Assembly: GCA_965153355.1 (NCBI GenBank) | Contig: OZ231126.1 | Coordinates: 15,562,001 to 15,626,000 of the forward strand | Length of the DNA: 64,000 bases | Direction of reading: 5' to 3' | Source: Flaccisagitta enflata | Taxonomy: Eukaryota | Shown here: piece after piece, positions 45,652 through 62,148 of the stretch | How the letters are laid out: each line of letters opens with the position of its first letter | Numbering within the stretch: position 1 is the first letter of the stretch | The notes under the pieces: generated by a model | What the model was told of the DNA's origin: nothing | The model's database searches: none | What the model saw: only the letters and a program-made list of their open reading frames with translations | Translations under genes and position numbers: made by a program

Positions 45652-45900
45652 AGAGAAAGAGAAAGAGAAAGAGAGACAGAGAGAAAGAGACGGATACAGA
45701 GACAGAGACAGAGAGACAGAGAGTACTTGATCAAAAATGGGCAAACAGGAAAAGACAGAGAGGAAAGACAGAGAGCGCCAGAAGGAGCCTTTATCTTTTT
45801 ACGATTTCTGTCTAAGTCGTCAACGAACGTTAACAAGGAAAAAATCTCTTTTTTATCCCGTTTTTTAGGACTCGTCAATTATTGGATAGCGGAGGTCGAC

Positions 45901-46025
<125 letters not shown>

Positions 46026-46339
46026 TCTCTCTTTTCTTCATTTTCCCTTTCAACAAAGAGGCTTGACCACACCCCGAGCGCACATGTGGGCATTGCTAGG
46101 GCGCAAGGTGTCCTCCATAAAATATAGGTTATATGACGATCGAAATAATAAAAAGATTTAGGCTGACGACGACCACCAACCACCGCCCCACCGCTGGCAG
46201 ATGCTGTCATCCTAGTCGGTTTCCTGGCCTAGTCTCGTCGCGGTTGTTCTTTTTTTTTTTTTACCTCGTCATATTCTCTCATCTCAAGCAAAGTGGACGA
46301 AATACTTGATTCCGTCATATAATCGAAGTGACAACATTT

Positions 46340-46434
<95 letters not shown>

Positions 46435-46520
46435 ACACACAGACAATATGTATTTATCCAACCAGATAAGCGGCATTTTTATCATTGACCTTTCCAAACC
46501 TGGGCAATAATCCCAAAACT

Positions 46521-46590
<70 letters not shown>

Positions 46591-47120
46591 AGAGAAAGAG
46601 AAAGAGAAAGAGAAAGAGAGAGAGAGAAAGAGAGAGAGATTTGGAAAAAAGAGAGATGATGTGTCCTAGTAAAACGTTAGAATTGAAGGAGACAAAGTGT
46701 GATTGTCTTTTTCAGAGGCCCACAAGTTTTTCTCTAGTGGGCTCTCTCCTCTCAAATTCTACGACGTACCTAAAAACGCTCTCAAGCTATTAAGTTTTCG
46801 TAGTGACCAACCACTTACGCGATTACGTGCGCTTGTTTTAAACAATGAATTCCCAGTGTATCGCCCAAGAGAGGAGGGGGGGGGGGCAGATAGCGAGGAA
46901 GATAATGTTTCTCTCTCAAAAAGATGACGTTAATAAATGAATTCTTCTCATTGTTGTGTAATCAAATCGATGGTCAAGATGTGTTCCCTTCGGGTTGAGC
47001 CTTGGTGCTTGAAAATGACAGCGTTTTCCTCAATCGAATGGTTCACTTGACATCTTTTTCGCTCTTCAAGTTTAAGCATTCCTTGACAACAATGCAAAAA
47101 GAATCAAAGAATGAGAGAAT

Positions 47121-47159
<39 letters not shown>

Positions 47160-47538
47160 AGACAGACAGACAGACAGACAGACAGACGGACAGACATACA
47201 GACGGAAAGAGACAGAGACAAAGAAAGAAGGGTAAGATAGAGAGGATGACATGTAGATTAACAAAGAGGAAAATTCCCATGACCTACCCATGTTGGGTGG
47301 TATTTGTCTCATTCCCTTACCACAACGAAAACAGATTTACGGTGAGGGGCAAACTTTTTGTTTCAAATCAACACATCGCGGCTAATCTCATCTCATCACG
47401 CATCCTGGTGGTGGTAATACAATCATCCTTGCAAAAAAAAAGAGAGAAATCCCGCCCCCTGCATAAAGAGATGAAATGGACAATCAAATGGACAAATGGA
47501 CATTCAATACTGACCAACATACGAAATTTGCATTTCCC

Positions 47539-47665
<127 letters not shown>

Positions 47666-48196
47666 TTTCTCCTTTCGTCTCAGGGATAAAAAAAATTTGT
47701 TTACAATCTCTATTTGTTGTAGAGGTGCCTCATTTGCTCTGGCTGACCGTTCAATGGCCATTAGAGCTTTGAAGCGACTTTCTCTTTTTCTTTTTCTTTT
47801 TTTTTCTGGACATTTTCTCGCTTTCTTTTTGCGGTGGGAGATGGGGGAGGAGAGTCCAGGATGATTCGTGATTGGTCAATGGGGCATCTGAGTCATGTGA
47901 CCGGGAAACCAATCACGATAACCAGATCGGGTTATGGGGTCCACCTTTTGTGTGGGGGAGACTGTCTGTGTGAGTGTGTGTGTGTGTGTGACCGTGTGTG
48001 ACCGTGTGTGCGTCCACTGTGTCCAGTCGCTTTGGGCAATGCGGGACGCTAGGTACAAAACCCCGGTGAAACAAAAAGAGGAAAAGAAATGTGAGATGTC
48101 CAAATTGGGCCTCTTTCTCAAGTTACTGTCACGAACTGTCCAGCATTTGGCGTCTTCAAAACGCCCACAAAGTTCTGCTCAAAAGAAACTAATTTT

Positions 48197-48228
<32 letters not shown>

Positions 48229-48259
48229 ATTGCCCTGTTCAGTTACACATATTACTTCT

Positions 48260-48304
<45 letters not shown>

Positions 48305-49152
48305 ATGTGAGTCTGTGTTGATGAAATGATGTTAAATATTTATAAAAATCTCAAAATCAGTTTTTTAAAACCTTGATTCCTTAACCGATGTAACACTACG
48401 TGACTCTAAGGTTACTGTTACACTGTAGCTGCTGAATAAAAAAAAGAGAGACCAACTAAAAACATATAAAGTCAAACTCAAAGGGGAGTTGGAAAATCGA
48501 AAGAAATAAAGAAATCACAGAGAAGGATCAAAAACTAACCTTCACTGAGGGGGAAGAGTAAAGGAGTCCATAATACTATACAAGGGACCAATTCAAAGTC
48601 CTATGGTAAGTTTAAATGGCGACTATTAGGCGGCCAGGAGCAATCTCTTCTCTTTTCTACTTCATTCTTGATTGCTCTGTCTCTGTCTCTGTCTCTATCT
48701 CTGTCTCTGTCTCTGTCTCTGTCTCTGTCTCTGTCTCTGACTAACATCTTTTCTGGAGTCTCTCTTTCTGGAGTCTCTAAGAAGATCATAAAAAACTTGA
48801 AGTAGGGAAAAAAAAGAAGGAAAGTACGACAAGAGCGGCAATCATGCGTTTATAAATACAACAGCGGCAATTCTCTCTAGATTTCCTTTTTACCTCGTCA
48901 CTCCAATTATCCCTTCAATGATAGAATAAGGGTCCATAGCCCATAGCCATGAAAGAGAAGGATGAAGAGGAGGAGGAGGAGGAGGAGGAGGAGGAGGAAG
49001 AGGAGGAGGTGAGGGCGGAGGCAAAGTCGATTTGTTAATGGGCCAGAGACTCCATGACTCCCCAGGAGGCCGCCGACAGCGAAGTTTGGGATGCAAGTCG
49101 AGGGTGAGGATTCCCAGAGTTGTGTGTCTAGACTAGCGCCACAACATACACA

Positions 49153-49435
<283 letters not shown>

Positions 49436-49591
49436 TCATGCATCCTGAATTGGATGAGTCTCCAAGACCGTATGACGATGCTGCTTTCGCAGCGGGTGAT
49501 GACGATGATGTCGATGACGGTGATGATGTTGTTGATGACGTGGACGACGACCGCGATGATGGTGGGCAGTGTAATTTGGACGACTAGATAA

Positions 49592-49627
<36 letters not shown>

Positions 49628-49911
49628 TGCCTACAACAAAAAAAAGAACATTACATGGCGCCTTTTTGATCGTCTTTTTTTGATCGCCGATTTGACGGGG
49701 AAAATTCTCGACGATGAGTCGCCTTTTAGATTTTACGACTTGGAAAGGAGACGTCGGGGCAACGATGAGGGAGGAGGAAGGGAGGAAGAGATGAGGAGGA
49801 AGAGAGGAGGAAGAGAGGAGGAGGAAGACAAAGCCGTTGTGTAAAAAATGTAATTTGTGGGCAATGGGAAATCATTTTTTTTAGCTTTGAGGCATCTTCT
49901 CAAGGCATCTT

Positions 49912-50086
49912 TTTAGTTGCGGACACGCAACTCTATAAGAGGCTTTGTCCGTCCGTCCGTCCGTCCGTCCGTCCGTCCGTCCGTCCGTCCTTCCGTCCGT
50001 AACCATCGAGTCGAAAAGTGGGACAACGCGCATATCCGCCCCTGCCCACCCGTTTGCAACTGATGGCCGTGTATCCGGCCTTGTTT
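49912..50086 (+). mobile_element. HINE-like element, right arm only
   Basis: AGTTGCGGACACGCAACT hairpin, (GTCC)n and GGCCGTGTATCCGGCCTTGTTT. The empty T-run site is at ~28135. Confidence 0.88.
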
Positions 50087-50498
50087 AAGAACGTTTGAAG
50101 TATAAGTCATACACAAAAGTACTTTGTAACGCCTTTCTTTAACTGTCGGACAACAATGACTCTTGAATTACGTGAGATGATGGGCGTTGAAACTGATGAG
50201 ATTTCTCAATATTCATCACTTTCATCTTTCTCTATTCCTTTTCTCTAAATTCAAGCCTTCACAAGCCTCTGCATTTTATCTCCGTTTCTCTTACCCGGAG
50301 ATTCTTCCTGATAAGCTCGTCTGCGATCCTAATTAGGAAATCTCCACGATTATGGTGCAAAGCCGACCTTACCAACGAGACCGACCTCTTAGCCGACCTC
50401 ACCCGCGATCAGCCCGCCCGCATCGTGTTTAAAAGACAAGACCGCCCGTTTCTCAACGGGGGTGCGTTACGCTGGCGCGCGCGAGATGAATCCTCAAA

Positions 50499-50552
<54 letters not shown>

Positions 50553-50796
50553 CAGTCAGATGCTATATATGCTAAAAGACAAGCAAATAGACAGAATGAA
50601 AAGAAAAAGAGGCAGACAGAAGGAACATGATAGTAATACGCTTTCACTAGGATTAAATTTTCCCAGGTGTGACAAGTTCAACCTATTGCAATGGCTGTAA
50701 TCCCCCAGATCCCTATAAAACAACCGCTGAGCCGTCAAAACATGGAAAAGAAAACAATCTTTCACTTTTTTTTCTCTCTCTCGCTCTCTTTTTGCC

Positions 50797-50946
50797 GGAG
50801 TGGCTGACGCTACCGAGAATTCTCGGTAGCGTCAACAATGACAACTACACATTTTGACACTACTGAGAATTCTCCATAGCGTCAATATCCATTCTCTATT
50901 GTGATGATTTCGAAACTAATGATTGACACTACTGAGAATAGTTTTC

Positions 50947-51041
<95 letters not shown>

Positions 51042-51674
51042 AGTATGCTGAGTCATTCTAAGTCATTCTAAGTTATTCTAAGTCAATCTGTAAGTCTCGC
51101 ACGCAACTTATGGATGTTGGCCTTGTTCTTATGAAATTGTCATATATTTTGATGATTTTTTTTGAATTTTCAATATTATCTTATATTCCAACAAGTAAAG
51201 AAACCAATAAAACTCAGGGTTACAATTTTTTTCTTCAGGGATTATGTCAAATCCCCCTCTATATTTGCAATACATTTATAAGTAGCTATATTCAGGTTTA
51301 AGATGCATATCCATCCATTTGTTCATTTGTCCATACATCTATCGATCCATCCATCCATCTGTCTTTCCATCCCTTTGTCCATCCATCCACCCATCCAACT
51401 TATTGCTTCCTTAACATGTGTTATTCTGGGTTTCAATTGTACTTGTTTGTGGGAAGAGTGAGCGTGTGTATGAGTGAGTGTATGAGTGAAAAAGAAAGAA
51501 AGAAAGAAAGAAAGGAAGAAAGAAAAAAGGAAAGTAAGAAAGAAGGAAGGAAAAAAGAAAAAAAAAGAAAAAAAAACAATGATAGAAAGAAAGAAAGAAA
51601 GAAAGAAAAAAAGAAGAAAGAAAAAAGAAAAAAAAAAAAAAGAAAGAAGGAAAGAGAAAGAAGAGAGAAAGAAA

Positions 51675-51708
<34 letters not shown>

Positions 51709-51840
51709 AGAGTGGGAATTCTCAGTAGTGAGTATGGAAATCTTTCTACCATTTTGACGCAATAGAGAATTCTCTATTGCGTCAAAAACACCAATTCTCG
51801 GTAGCGTCAATTTTGCGAATTCTCAATTGCGTCAAACTCC
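50797..51840. mobile_element. Foldback/MULE-like non-autonomous element with ~9-bp TSD, right arm only
   Basis: CTTTTTGCC|GGAGT...ACTCC|CTTTTGCC. The modular termini are built from TGACGCTACCGAGAATT motifs. The empty site at ~27445 has a single copy of the target. Confidence 0.8.
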
Positions 51841-51927
51841 CTTTTGCCGATTTATGCCTCAGCGGAGGTACAAAAAAAAATCAGCATATTGTCCCCCAGT
51901 GAAGGAAAGGAAATGAATAACGACAAA

Positions 51928-52195
51928 GGGCGTGTTTCTAGTGAGCGCCAAAAACGCGTTTGTTCCTGTGAAACGCAATAACAGCGTGAACACATATTCA
52001 AGAATTTCAACTGTCCCACGAGGGAGTGAGCGAAGTGAGTGAGCGAGCCCGTGAATGGAGTGAGCGAGCGAAGCGAGCGTAGCGAAGCAGAGCGCTGCGG
52101 AGCGAGTGAGCGGAGTGAGCGGTGCGAGCGAACGAACGTAGCGAGCGACCGAGTGGCCCTTTCAAAACGCGATTGTCTTTGACTAGAATCGCCCC
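51928..52195. mobile_element. Mirror copy of the 27127 MITE
   Basis: AAA|GGGCGTGTTTCTAGT...ACTAGAATCGCCCC|AAA. Confidence 0.6.
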
Positions 52196-52294
52196 AAAGA
52201 AAAAAAGAAGAAGAAAAAAAAACCCCAACGCGGAGTTGACAAATTCTCTCACTCTCACTTTTTGCTTGCCAACAACTAGCAGCAGCTGTGTGTG

Positions 52295-52332
<38 letters not shown>

Positions 52333-52475
52333 AACGAACAAAGAGAATATGAAATATGGACAGGAAGAAGAAAGTTTCAACGTGGTGATCAGAGAATCGT
52401 GTATAGATTCGGCCATTGACCCATAAAACCGCAGAATCTGGTTCCACACTGGCTGGGAGATGGGACGCAAACACG

Positions 52476-52556
<81 letters not shown>

Positions 52557-53027
52557 CTCTCGCCATTTTCGTTGTCGTCAAGCAGATGGCAATTTTGTTT
52601 GTATTAGTTGTTCTTGTTTTCCTTGATTCCGATCGTTGTTGTTGTTGTTGTACTGGTGAAGAAGAATTGGTGATCGTGTCACTTTGTGTTGACGTGTGTG
52701 TGTATGTGTGTGTTTCGCGATTAGTGCGTGTATTTTTCTTTTGAGTGAAAGCGCGGAGAACAAAAAACAAATCAGGGGATCGCCATGGGGGTTGAAAATC
52801 GCTCCCACAAAAGACGGGCACAAAATGACTTCTTAGGAGGTGAACGGGAACAACAACAACGACAACACCAGAAGTGAGGAAGAATGGTCAGAATTAAAAG
52901 AAGAGGTGAAAGGGACACATTGTTAACCCCTTCCGCCCACGAGATAAAAGCATATTCATATATTTCATTTCTTTGTCCCTTTTTTTGACGTTTTCTCATG
53001 AGTAAAGAGGAAAAATCTGTCAACTCT

Positions 53028-53144
<117 letters not shown>

Positions 53145-54779
53145 CACTAATCAACGCGTGGTTATGTTTATACTTCAGATTACAGAAACCGCCATTAAAT
53201 CAAACGCGGCTTGAAGTTTTTTTTTTTTTAAAGGGAATTTGATCCCGTTTATAAACATTTTCATGAGTGACACATCAACTGTCAGACTATAGCGCCTCGT
53301 GTGTCAATCGTTAATTGACAAGTCTTTCTTTTTTTTTGCGCGTCATTGACACATTATCAACTCCAGATGTATCTTTCACCCCAAAACCTTCGTGTATCTA
53401 ACTATCTATCCTTCCACCCCCACCCCATCCTCTTCCTTTTTCTTCTTCTTCTTCTTCTTCTTCTTCTTCTTCTTCTTCTTCTTCTTCTTCTTCTTCTTCT
53501 TCTTCTTCTTCTTCTTCTTCTTCTTCTTCTTCTTCTTCTTCTTCTTCTTCTCCTTCTTCTGCTTCTTCCTTTTTTCCTCTTCCTATTTCCTCCTACTTCT
53601 TCCGGATAAAATAGCCACAAAAGATTTAAAAGAAAAACAAATCGACGTCAGCTGCGAATTATGACGATTATAATGGTAACGATGAAGATATCGATGATGA
53701 GCGGAAATGCGTGATTAAAGCGTCAATCAAAAAAAAAAAAAAAAAAAAAAAAAAAAGAAATATCAAAGCAAAGGAAAGCATCAATTGCCAGCAAATGCTT
53801 ATTGAAGGGAATAGAAAAAATTGTAAAACTAAAAGACGAGTTTCTCTCACAAATACTGGCGAGCGACGCAACGCAGTGGCGCCAGTCTGCTCCTCCCCCT
53901 CCCCCCCGAAACGATCAACTCTATCTCCCTCCATCCCTCTTCCCATAACAAAACTCCGACAAGTTCTTCTCTATTTTTCCCTCCCCTCCTCCTCTCTCGA
54001 TCCTAACTCCTCCCCCCCTCCCCCCTCCTCGCACCCGCCCTTCTTCGCTAAGACTTGACTGCACCTTCAGTCCCTTTACACCCTAACCGCGGCGCCACGG
54101 TATAAAGAGAGGAAACCTTTCTGTCTGCCTCTTCTTTCACGAACCCATATAACCTCTTTTCATCTTATCTCTTACTGGACCGCTTTCTTTTCTTTTTCCC
54201 CCTCCCCCGCCTTCCCCGCCCTCAACTGTCCCGGTGAGAAAAAGATACACCCACAAAGCGATCAAACAACATCAAAGAGACACTCGTTAAAAAGATAACA
54301 TCCTTTTATATATATTTTTTTTTGGTCCGTGGAGGACGATCTTGAACATAAAAGGCACCTCTCTCTCTCTCTCAAACGAAAATCACAGAAGTTCCTTTTG
54401 TTTTTTCTCAGGCATATTTTACAGTTTCCTCTTTGGGATTTCTTCAACCCCAATATTTCCCTCAAATCATACTCTCACCCTCAATACTCTACTACCTTCT
54501 CAACCCCCGCTTCCCTCTCCTTTCCTCTTCCCCCTTACCCTAAGATCTCTTCCCCCGCCCTCCCCCCCCCACAGCAGAACAGACGCTCGTGTGAACCCAC
54601 GGGTCCTTCTTTTCCCTCCATTTACAATCTATCCAAATATATATATATAAGCAGTTTCCTTGAAAAAACATGACACAATGGACAAAAAGAGTTTTTCTGT
54701 GAATATTCCAGGAAAAAAAAAGAATTCTTTTTTCTTTTCCAGAGGAAATTTAGTTTTATTTCTCTACAAAGACGTGAAG

Positions 54780-55263
<484 letters not shown>

Positions 55264-55417
55264 CCCTTTGCTCCTTAGCTTCGTCGGTTGGTTCTCGTCT
55301 CAAGCAATGATGTTGCTCTTTTTTTCCAATTCAAAATGAATGTTTCGAGAACTTTCATTCTTGCATAGATGACGCCATGGTTTAAGGCTGTGACGAAAGT
55401 GATTTGCAATTTTGCAG

Positions 55418-55516
<99 letters not shown>

Positions 55517-55636
55517 GTTACCCTGCCTACAATCTCACACACTCTCACATACCTCGACGCAAACTCACAATAAAATTCATTTTCTGAGGAAGAGAATTTC
55601 GAGAAAAAGAAAAAGTGAGTCATTTTCCTTTTATTT

Positions 55637-55749
<113 letters not shown>

Positions 55750-56294
55750 CAAAATTGGAATTCCGGAAAAGATAAGTCTTAGTCAGTCCAGGAGGCCAAA
55801 CAACTTGAGGAAAGAAGAGAAGAAAACGGGAAAGTCACATTTAAGTGTATAAAGTAAGAAATTTCCTTTCTTTGATTATATCTTTTTTTTTTTCTTTTCA
55901 TTTCATGATTTTACAATCGAATATTTGGTTTTAATGCGATTCACGTCATTGACACGCGGAGATCCCGACAGCGGAAGGGGAAAGTGATATCAGATAAAAA
56001 AGTATACATTCTTCTTCTTAGGTATTCATTTCTCTTTCTCTCTTTCTTCTCCTCTCTTTCTCGATTCTCTTTCTTTCTTTGCTCCTGAGGAGGGAAAGTC
56101 TTACATGTGTACAGTGAAGGTGCGGTGAATGGCGTTTCATCAGAAGGGGCTGATAACAGAAGCCAGATATCTCCCCTGCGTATGTGTCCGTGTATGAGAA
56201 TAAGAGAGAGAGAGAGGAGAGAGGAAGAACTGGAGAGAGAGGGGGGGCAAAATGAGGAAACGAAAAGGCATGCTTTATTGAGTTCCTCTCTCTC

Positions 56295-56377
<83 letters not shown>

Positions 56378-56383
56378 TCTCTG

Positions 56384-56426
<43 letters not shown>

Positions 56427-57196
56427 GAACTCTCTTTTTTGTGCTTCAACCGCCACAATGTTCGGCATCAAAAGGGGGAGAGCAAACATTTCTTTATTGC
56501 TTGCCTATATTAGCTTTCAAAGGTAGTAACCATTTAGATAAGGGCACTTAAACCAGTCCTCCTTCCCGATGACAACTTTCCTCTTTCTCTCTTTCTCTCT
56601 CTCAATTGCTTCTTTTTACCTTTTTGGTCGCACACACATAAACTACTAAAATCTTTTTTTACTCTTTTTTCTTTCTTTTTCTTTCTTTTGACGTGGGACT
56701 TTCACTTGACTGTGGTGACTTGAAGGAAGAGAAACCAATAAAAACAGAATACAGAAGGACATAATTGGAGGTCCAAATCATTTGACTCATTATATTCATA
56801 GCATTTTCAAACACGCCACGATTTACATATCGAAATAGGAAGCCATATCTTGACAGTAATCAAGGAAGCAAGATTACGAAATATACGATATCAATTATTC
56901 AGTGAAGGAGACACAAACAAACACACTCAAATACAGCAAATAAAAGTGATTTAGATTCTGCCGCACGGCGCTTCGATTCGTCTATGTCACAGCACCGACT
57001 TTTTTCAAATTACAAAGAGAGCAAAAAATATGAGAGCTATTTGTCGTCGGTGAAATTTTTTGGTTAGAAGTATCTCATTTTCCTTTCAATCTGAGAGGGG
57101 GGCCATCATTCATCTAAAGAGGACACTCATTCTTTTTTCTTTCTTTTTTTCATGCGTTTTTTTTTCTTGGTGTCATTTATCTCATTTACCTTTTTT

Positions 57197-57440
57197 TTTT
57201 GTGCGTCCTCGATCGATAAGAGGTCATGTCTGTCCGTTGGTCGGTCGGTCGGTTTGTCTTTCCGTCACGCAAAACTGCCGATGCTGGCGTCTTCCTTTGA
57301 GCCTGTCACCTTTTATGCATTGTCGTATTCATTTTCATTTGGTTATTCACTCATTCAATCATTCATTCATTCATTTAAAACGTTTGTTTACATAGTCTTA
57401 ATCAGCGAGGCGCACATGTTGGCCATAACTTGGCTTTATT
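57197..57440 (+). mobile_element. Degenerate HINE-like element
   Basis: GTGCGTCCTCG...TAAGAGG, (GGTC)n, CGAGGCGCAC, and a GGCCATAACTTGGC end. Confidence 0.5.
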
Positions 57441-57968
57441 TATTCCTTACGCCGTCATGTCTAAAATTAGTACACTCGTTCATTATTTTTTTTTTCTTAA
57501 CAATATCTCTTTAAAGATATATTCTTTTGGGGGATGAATAAGTGCTTTTGGGGGATGAATAAGTGCACGCTCATGTTGAATACATTTTAGTAATTTATTA
57601 ATGAATTTGGCGCAATTGATAAATATTATCGATGTGAAGTGACGTGTCTCTTGGAATTTTTCTTTTCTTTTCTAGTTTTTTGTTTTTTGGTTGTTTTTTT
57701 TTCGGATATGTTCGATCACGATCGTGGCTCTTGTCCCGGCCTCTTGTGGTGTCCTCGAAAACGCCCTCGGAGACTTGTTTTTTGTTTGTTTTTTTTTTGC
57801 CTATTTGTTTTTTTTTCTTATTTGTTTTTTTCTATCATAAATCATCATGGAAAATAAATGGGGACATCGCCCTCGCTTAGTGTGAGAGAGTGGAAAGTCC
57901 TTGTGCCAAGGGATCTACCTCACGCCTCTTACGTAGTTGAAGGATCACCCAAGGCCAGTGAGTCTCTT

Positions 57969-58122
<154 letters not shown>

Positions 58123-58265
58123 TCACATTCAATGAGATCTGAAAGATCAAGCATGACATTTTCGGCTTTTTCTAATTCCCAAAAGAAAGCACTCCTGGAG
58201 GCCTTTTTGTATTGTATTAATAATCTGGTTGAAACATACCCTTAAAAATAACTGGTACCCCCCGG

Positions 58266-58385
<120 letters not shown>

Positions 58386-58405
58386 CCTCTCTCTCTTTCT
58401 TTCTC

Positions 58406-58512
<107 letters not shown>

Positions 58513-58517
58513 CTCTT

Positions 58518-58563
<46 letters not shown>

Positions 58564-58580
58564 TCTCTTTCTCTTTCTCT

Positions 58581-58612
<32 letters not shown>

Positions 58613-59321
58613 TCTTTTCTTTCCAAAACGCAGAGTCCCTAATCAAACAAAAGTTCCGCTGAAAGCCAAATAATTAGAGCAAAAGTTGATCTCGTTAAAA
58701 CCGCGATTTTTAAGGGTTAATATACCTGAAATGGAGAGAAAAAAAAAGTTGGTAGTCTGGGCTTAACGAACGTGTCATGACAAGGGTAACGCCCCAAACC
58801 TTTCTTTTTCCATACCAACCCCCCAACCCCCCTCCCCCCCCTCCCCCCTTCCCCCCAAACAATTCAGTAAAGCTGAACTTTCACCGATGATGCAGAAACA
58901 TTAACCTTGTCCCCATCTCCCCACCTTTACGTTTGCTTTGCCTTGTAATATATAATGAACTACCCACTTTTCCTCCCTCTCTTCTTCCCAGTGAAATCTC
59001 AGTTACAACTTACAAGTGTACATAGATATGGAGTTGACAATATAGCAAGGGCAATTCTGAAAGACTTTCCTTCTTCAGTTCTGCGTGAACATTCGTTGTC
59101 CTCCCCCTGGAATATAATATATATTAGATATGAACCATCCTCCTTCTCAACGTTATCTTAAGTCTCCTCCTCTTCTGTCTTCTCCTCCTTCACCTTCTCT
59201 CTTTCTCTCTCTTTCTCTCTTCCTCAACTGTTTCGTTGTTATCTTCCTTTTCTTCCTCCTCCTCTTTCGCCTTCTTCACCGCCTCCCGATCACCTCCGTT
59301 CCCAGGCCGGCCAAGAGCTTG

Positions 59322-59395
<74 letters not shown>

Positions 59396-59643
59396 TGAAA
59401 GATATTGAAGTTTACTTTCTCTCGATCATCGAAAGTGTTTTTAAAGAAGAGTGAAAGAAAGAGAGTAAAGAGTTTGCTGTCGGACGTCGCAAGTCTGTCG
59501 AGTCAAGGAGTTCGAACCAATCGACGAAGCGCTTGGGAAGCGCATCCTCCAATCGAATCTAGAATCTCTCGACGGCGTTGTCAATCCCCGGAGATAAAAT
59601 AACCTCCGGGAGAGAGGCTTACGGAGCTCTCCAGATATGTCAG

Positions 59644-59703
<60 letters not shown>

Positions 59704-60455
59704 CGAACGACATACGTATGGCCGATTCCAAACCCGGATGTAATAGGCCGCGATGTTCCTCCGATGCTCTCGTCAGCTCAGCCGCGAAGCCCACCAACAG
59801 GTTGACTCGTGGCTCTTGCGGGCCACCGAGGAGGGAAGGACCGCCCTGTGGTCTCGGCGCACGGAGTGCTGATTTCGACGATAAATGATGCTTATCGTTT
59901 TTTTGAGAAAGCTCTAATTTAGAAAGCGTTTAGGACTTTAAGCACCAGACAGAATATTAATCTGTCAGTCCATCTGTTTATCATTCATTCGTTGTATCAG
60001 CATTTTGATAAACTGATTATTTACTAATATTTCTGCATATGACTACCAAGAGTGAAAGAATATCACTTATGATTAAGCATTACATCAAGTTAAGTTTTGG
60101 TGCCTAGCGCGAACCTTTCTTAACTCAATTATTGAGTGAAAGGGAAAGAGCTCGGGAGATTAATTGAGAGGTTTAAAATGTGAAAAGAGAAGGCATAGCG
60201 AGAGTACATCGATATTTAGTTTGAACTAGAACAAAGATGAGGAGTGAAAAGAAAAGGAGCGTTTGGTCCTATGTGTCTATGGCCGCTCGTTGTTATGTGT
60301 AGTGTGATTTAATTGCGTAATTTTTGTCTTTTATCAGCAAAATTTGAGCGATATGACATCATCGACCACGGATATTCTTTTATGACTTTTCTTGCGTCTT
60401 TTCAATACCAAAGATGGTTATTCTGATAGCAAAATGACGAGCTAATAACACTGAC

Positions 60456-60577
<122 letters not shown>

Positions 60578-60621
60578 CGCCACCACTGTTAACGGTTTTA
60601 CGATTTTCTAAAAAGGGATGT

Positions 60622-60702
<81 letters not shown>

Positions 60703-61318
60703 CTTCGTCCGGAGATATGAACAACAATCATTAAACAACGCCAGGAAGACGAAGAGGTTAATTCTCATCGGGACGTTGACTTGACAGAAACATTCGGAAA
60801 TTTACACATTCGTAAAACAGGGATAATACGAATTTTACGACAAACGACATAATAAGGAAAAAGACAAATAGTCGCTTCAGCACTCAGTATGCAACAGAAT
60901 GGGAGAGAAGCAAAAATCTAGAGAGATAATAAATTTATAGAGTTCAAACTTCTGGTTTTGTCACCGCATTCGTTCAATCGTCAGTCCAAAATCAACAGCC
61001 GGTTCTTAGCTTACTCCTTTCACTATCATTCCGATTTGTTTATAAATGCTCTCATAATTTTTACCTCTTTTCAAAAGTCACGCATCGCCATCATCAGCAT
61101 CAAAATAAGGAGGGGGTTGAAAAACGTGTCGCCATGTTTAATGAATAATATTTTGGGTAAATGTTACTGTTTTTGAATGTCATTTATGAGTGTGTAAAGG
61201 TCATAAATGAGTTAATTTGGTTGTTTGTCTTCATTTAGCATTACGTACATATGCCTTAAATCGTTTTCTGTTGATTTTTACTCTAAAATATTCCTTCATT
61301 CCTAATTGTTTATATCAG

Positions 61319-62046
61319 ATTCATCGGCGGCGATCAAATCGGGCGGTTGTTTCGCGGGCGACAATCAAGTCACGCTGGCAGATGGAACTCGCAAATCCAT
61401 GTCCGCCCTCGCTCTGGGCGATCGCGTGGCGGCTCTGGACGCCGACGGCCGGCCCACCTTCTCCCCCGTCATTGCCTTCCTCGATCGCCGGCCGGCCGGA
61501 CGCGATAAATTCTTCTATTCCTTGTCGACTTCCGACGGCAACTCTGTCGAATTGACGCCGTCTCATCTCATCTACGTGGCGCCTAACAACGCCACGCTTT
61601 CCCAAGATGGCGCCGATTTCCGGCGCCTCGTTCCCGTCTTCGCCCGCGACGTCAAAGTCGGCCAATACGTCTTCATCGCCGATAACCCCAATAACGACGC
61701 AAATGCGAACGGGCGACAACAAAAGACGACTAAGCCGGTCCGCGTAACCGGCGTGACGACGATCTTGAAACCGGGCGCCTACGCGCCGCTGACGGAAACT
61801 GGCACGATCGTTGTCAACGGTTTCGTGGCGTCGTGCTACGCCATCTTCGAGAATCATTGGCTGACTCACGTGGCGATGACGCCGCTTCGCGCTTATTACG
61901 GACTCTTGTACGCGTTTGGACTCGAAGGCGATCGCGACCAAATCCTATCGCAAGACGGACTTCACTGGTACTCGACTTTCCTCTACAATTTCGCCGATGT
62001 CTTCTTACCCAAAGATTTGTACGAGTCTTGGTTTTATAACGTCTGA
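61319..62046 (+). CDS. hh: Hedgehog coding exon 3 (end of Hh-N, Hint autoprocessing domain, sterol recognition region)
   Basis: Acceptor TATATCAG|AT completes the split Asp codon. Motifs include the SSAAIKSGG|CF cleavage site, VIAFLDR, LTPSHL (TxxH), GAYAPLTETGTIVVNGFVASCYA and GLHWY. Stop TGA at 62044-62046. Confidence 0.97.
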
Positions 62047-62148
62047 GATCTTTCTTCCATCTGTGGTGAGGGGTGGGATGTAGGGGGGGGGGGGGAGGAG
62101 AGAAAACGAATCGAAATTTGTGACTGTTTTTTCTCTTTATAACATTTT

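Noticed and set aside
57525-57566. 21-bp direct duplication CTTTTGGGGGATGAATAAGTG
   Set aside because: This is a simple local tandem duplication with nothing inserted between the copies.
61321-61941. 206-aa antisense ORF over exon 3 (and a 133-aa one over exon 2)
   Set aside because: These are shadow ORFs from GC-rich codon usage on the coding strand.
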